A stretch of DNA of 40,334 bases from the sequence record PQ850595.1, one strand, 5' to 3'. Origin of the DNA: Escherichia phage AnnaIndermaur_Bas104. Positions 38,137-40,334 of the stretch are shown here, piece by piece. The notes below the pieces were generated by a model that was not told the DNA's origin, ran no database searches, and was given only the letters and a program-made list of their open reading frames with translations. Position numbers and translations under genes: made by a program. Numbering within the stretch: the stretch's first letter is position 1; every line of letters starts with the position of its first letter.

Positions 38137-39927
38137 ATGGCTAACGTAATTAAAACCGTTTTGACTTACCAGTTAGATGGCTCCAAGCGTGATTTTAATA
38201 TCCCGTTTGAGTATCTAGCCCGTAAGTTCGTAGTGGTAACTCTTATTGGTGTAGACCGCAAGGTCCTTACGATTAATACAGACTACCGTTTTGCTACGCG
38301 TACTACCATCTCACTAACCAAGGCTTGGGGTCCGGCAGATGGCTACACGACCATCGAGTTGCGTCGAGTAACCTCCACGACCGACCGATTGGTTGACTTT
38401 ACGGACGGCTCAATCCTACGTGCGTATGACCTTAACGTAGCTCAGATTCAAACTATGCACGTAGCAGAAGAGGCCCGTGACCTTACCGCCGATACTATCG
38501 GTGTTAATAATGATGGTCACTTGGATGCCCGTGGTCGTAAGATTGTGAACCTAGCGTTCGCTACTGGCGACTATGATGCTGTTCCTCTGAAGCAGATTAA
38601 GGAACGTGAGAACTCTGCGTGGAACGCTGTTATTAAATCTGACGAACACGCTAACCGCTCCAACAGGGAAGCCAACCGCTCACGCGACGAAGCTGACCGC
38701 GCGAAACGTGAAGCTGACCGCTCAACCCAACAGGCAGGTGTCTCTACGTCACAGGCAGTTGAGTCCAAAACGCAAGCTGACCGTTCCAACTCTGAGGCCA
38801 ACCGTGCTAAAGGTTATGCCGATAGTATGACCACAAGCGTCGCTGAGGCCAAGAAGCAAGCTGACCGCTCTAACTCTGAGGCCAATCGTGCCCGTGATGA
38901 GGCCAATCGTGCTGCCGGAGAAGTGACTAAAGCTGCTGCTGAGGTTGTCAAGGCTGCTGCACATGTTGGGACCGCTAAGGGACATGCTGACCGAGCCAAC
39001 ACTGAGGCAAACCGTTCCAAAGGCGAGGCTGACCGTGCTAAGGCCGAGGCCGATAAGTTGGGCAACATGAATGGCCTTGCTGGTGCTGTAGAGAGAGTTC
39101 AGGGTAATAGTGTATCATGGAAAGGAGAAGGCTCTTGGGTTGGAGGTCCTGTATACAGACTTCCAACGAACAACGCATTTAGGTTCCGTATGGGTATTTG
39201 GGAAGAAGGCGACTTCCTTAAGTCTGACTTCGCCATGGACCGACCGGACGGTATAGGGTTCATAGAGTATTCAGCGGACAAGACTGGGCAACATCGTCAC
39301 CAGATGCGACTTAATCAGTTAACAATAGCTGGTGGTGTGTTAGAGTCAGATGCTGATGGTCTCATAGCTCACGCTTTCGCTGACCAGTACAACACTAAAG
39401 CTCCTTTCTTCCAACAGATTAATGTACAATCTACAAGCTCATATCATCCAATAATAAAGCAACGAACTTTCCAAGCTGGACGATGGGCAGGATGCTGGTC
39501 TATCGGCACATTACTGACTGGAGCGCATCCATCATTCCACATACATATGAGAGACGAAGCTGGAAATGATAAACTTTGGGCGTTCAATACTAATGGAGAC
39601 TTCCACGCCAATGGGGAGATTTGGGCAGATGGTGGACGTGTGGTTGTACGGAATGGCTCTTTAAACCCTGAGGGTAGAGTTTGGGGTACTGCGTATAATA
39701 ACGGATACCTAGATGACTGGATTCGGGCAAACTGGCCAGGCGATGTTTATTGGGGTCCTCAACGCTGGCAACAGAAGTGGGGAGGTTATGCAGACATTTA
39801 TGCTGGTGCTGGGGAAGCCTGCTCTGGTATAACCGCCGATGGTAGCGGTAACGTTGCGGGTGCATTCTTCCGAGCGCTTTGGCTTGGGTATCACAATGGT
39901 AATAGACGATTAGTTGCTTCCCAATAA
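38137..39927 (+). CDS. 17: tail fiber protein, mosaic: T7 gp17-like N-terminal tail-attachment domain plus heterologous coiled-coil and C-terminal receptor-binding region, 596 aa
   Basis: first ~150 aa (MANVIKTVLTYQLDGSKRDFNIPFEYLARKF...GHLDARGRKIVNLA) match T7 gp17; the remainder shows no resemblance to T7 gp17 as I recall it. Confidence 0.9.
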   Translation: MANVIKTVLTYQLDGSKRDFNIPFEYLARKFVVVTLIGVDRKVLTINTDYRFATRTTISLTKAWGPADGYTTIELRRVTSTTDRLVDFTDGSILRAYDLNVAQIQTMHVAEEARDLTADTIGVNNDGHLDARGRKIVNLAFATGDYDAVPLKQIKERENSAWNAVIKSDEHANRSNREANRSRDEADRAKREADRSTQQAGVSTSQAVESKTQADRSNSEANRAKGYADSMTTSVAEAKKQADRSNSEANRARDEANRAAGEVTKAAAEVVKAAAHVGTAKGHADRANTEANRSKGEADRAKAEADKLGNMNGLAGAVERVQGNSVSWKGEGSWVGGPVYRLPTNNAFRFRMGIWEEGDFLKSDFAMDRPDGIGFIEYSADKTGQHRHQMRLNQLTIAGGVLESDADGLIAHAFADQYNTKAPFFQQINVQSTSSYHPIIKQRTFQAGRWAGCWSIGTLLTGAHPSFHIHMRDEAGNDKLWAFNTNGDFHANGEIWADGGRVVVRNGSLNPEGRVWGTAYNNGYLDDWIRANWPGDVYWGPQRWQQKWGGYADIYAGAGEACSGITADGSGNVAGAFFRALWLGYHNGNRRLVASQ

Positions 39928-39936
39928 GGAGACATT

Positions 39937-40320
39937 ATGCGTAAATTTACTAACTGGACATACGAAGTAACTACCGCTTACGGCGGTATCGCCACTTATG
40001 ACGTGACGGCCTCTTGTGGGACCGATTGGTATGAACTCATGGTTGAACTTGAGGACCGACCTGAGAGATGGGTAGTCGGTATTGATAAGAACGGATTCAT
40101 CTCATGGTTCTCCGATGGAACTGTTAACGGCACTTATGCGCCACCTGAGGGCGGTCTGGTGATTGTCACCGATGAGTTCGACCCTGAGTGGCAACGTGTT
40201 AAACTTTGGAACGGGGAGTCCTTCGAGGATATCCCTAATCCACCTAAACGTACACCTGAGGAAATCCAAGCAGACCTTGAGGCTCTGATGGTTGAACTTC
40301 GTGGGCTTAGGGGGGGATAA
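39937..40320 (+). CDS. hypothetical protein, 127 aa; candidate tail-fiber assembly chaperone (weak Tfa-like resemblance)
   Basis: intact ORF with AAGGAG RBS 6 nt upstream, inserted between gene 17 and 17.5; acidic, no TM; PEGGLVIVTDE...LWNGESF loosely resembles the lambda Tfa / P2 gpG N-terminal region as I recall it. Confidence 0.45.
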   Translation: MRKFTNWTYEVTTAYGGIATYDVTASCGTDWYELMVELEDRPERWVVGIDKNGFISWFSDGTVNGTYAPPEGGLVIVTDEFDPEWQRVKLWNGESFEDIPNPPKRTPEEIQADLEALMVELRGLRGG

Positions 40321-40334
40321 TGGAGGTAAACTAA

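Noticed and set aside
38571-39068. several 70-85 aa ORFs on both strands inside gene 17
   Set aside because: Produced by the low-complexity repeat region encoding the fiber coiled-coil; all overlap the well-supported gene 17 frame.

Overview
The window reads as one complete, circularly permuted genome (~40.3 kb) of a T7-like lytic podovirus. All genes are on the + strand, in T7 order from 0.3 to 19.5. It carries 17 T7-type RNAP promoters (TAATACGACTCACTATAGGGAGA family), host-type early promoters A1-A3, the early terminator TE, the late terminator Tphi and a single copy of the terminal repeat at ~3.4 kb. The window starts at the holin gene 17.5 and ends in that gene's ribosome-binding site, so the two ends are contiguous. 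All protein identifications rest on my recollection of T7 protein sequences and lengths, not on a database search. Differences from canonical T7: (1) a 288-bp cassette bounded by perfect 20-bp inverted repeats carrying a 68-aa ORF with atypical codon usage, inserted between promoter A3 and ocr - the most novel-looking element; (2) a group I intron with an HNH homing-endonuclease ORF splitting the DNA polymerase gene; (3) a free-standing HNH endonuclease gene between phi1.3 and the ligase gene; (4) a mosaic tail fiber with a non-T7 C-terminal part, followed by an extra 127-aa ORF (possible fiber chaperone); (5) expanded tandem repeats at the genome left end; (6) a tandem duplication of gene 1.5; (7) two small membrane-protein ORFs in place of 0.5/0.6, and absence of T7 genes 2.8, 3.8, 5.3 and 7.7. 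No tRNA, rRNA, CRISPR array, integrase or repressor was seen.
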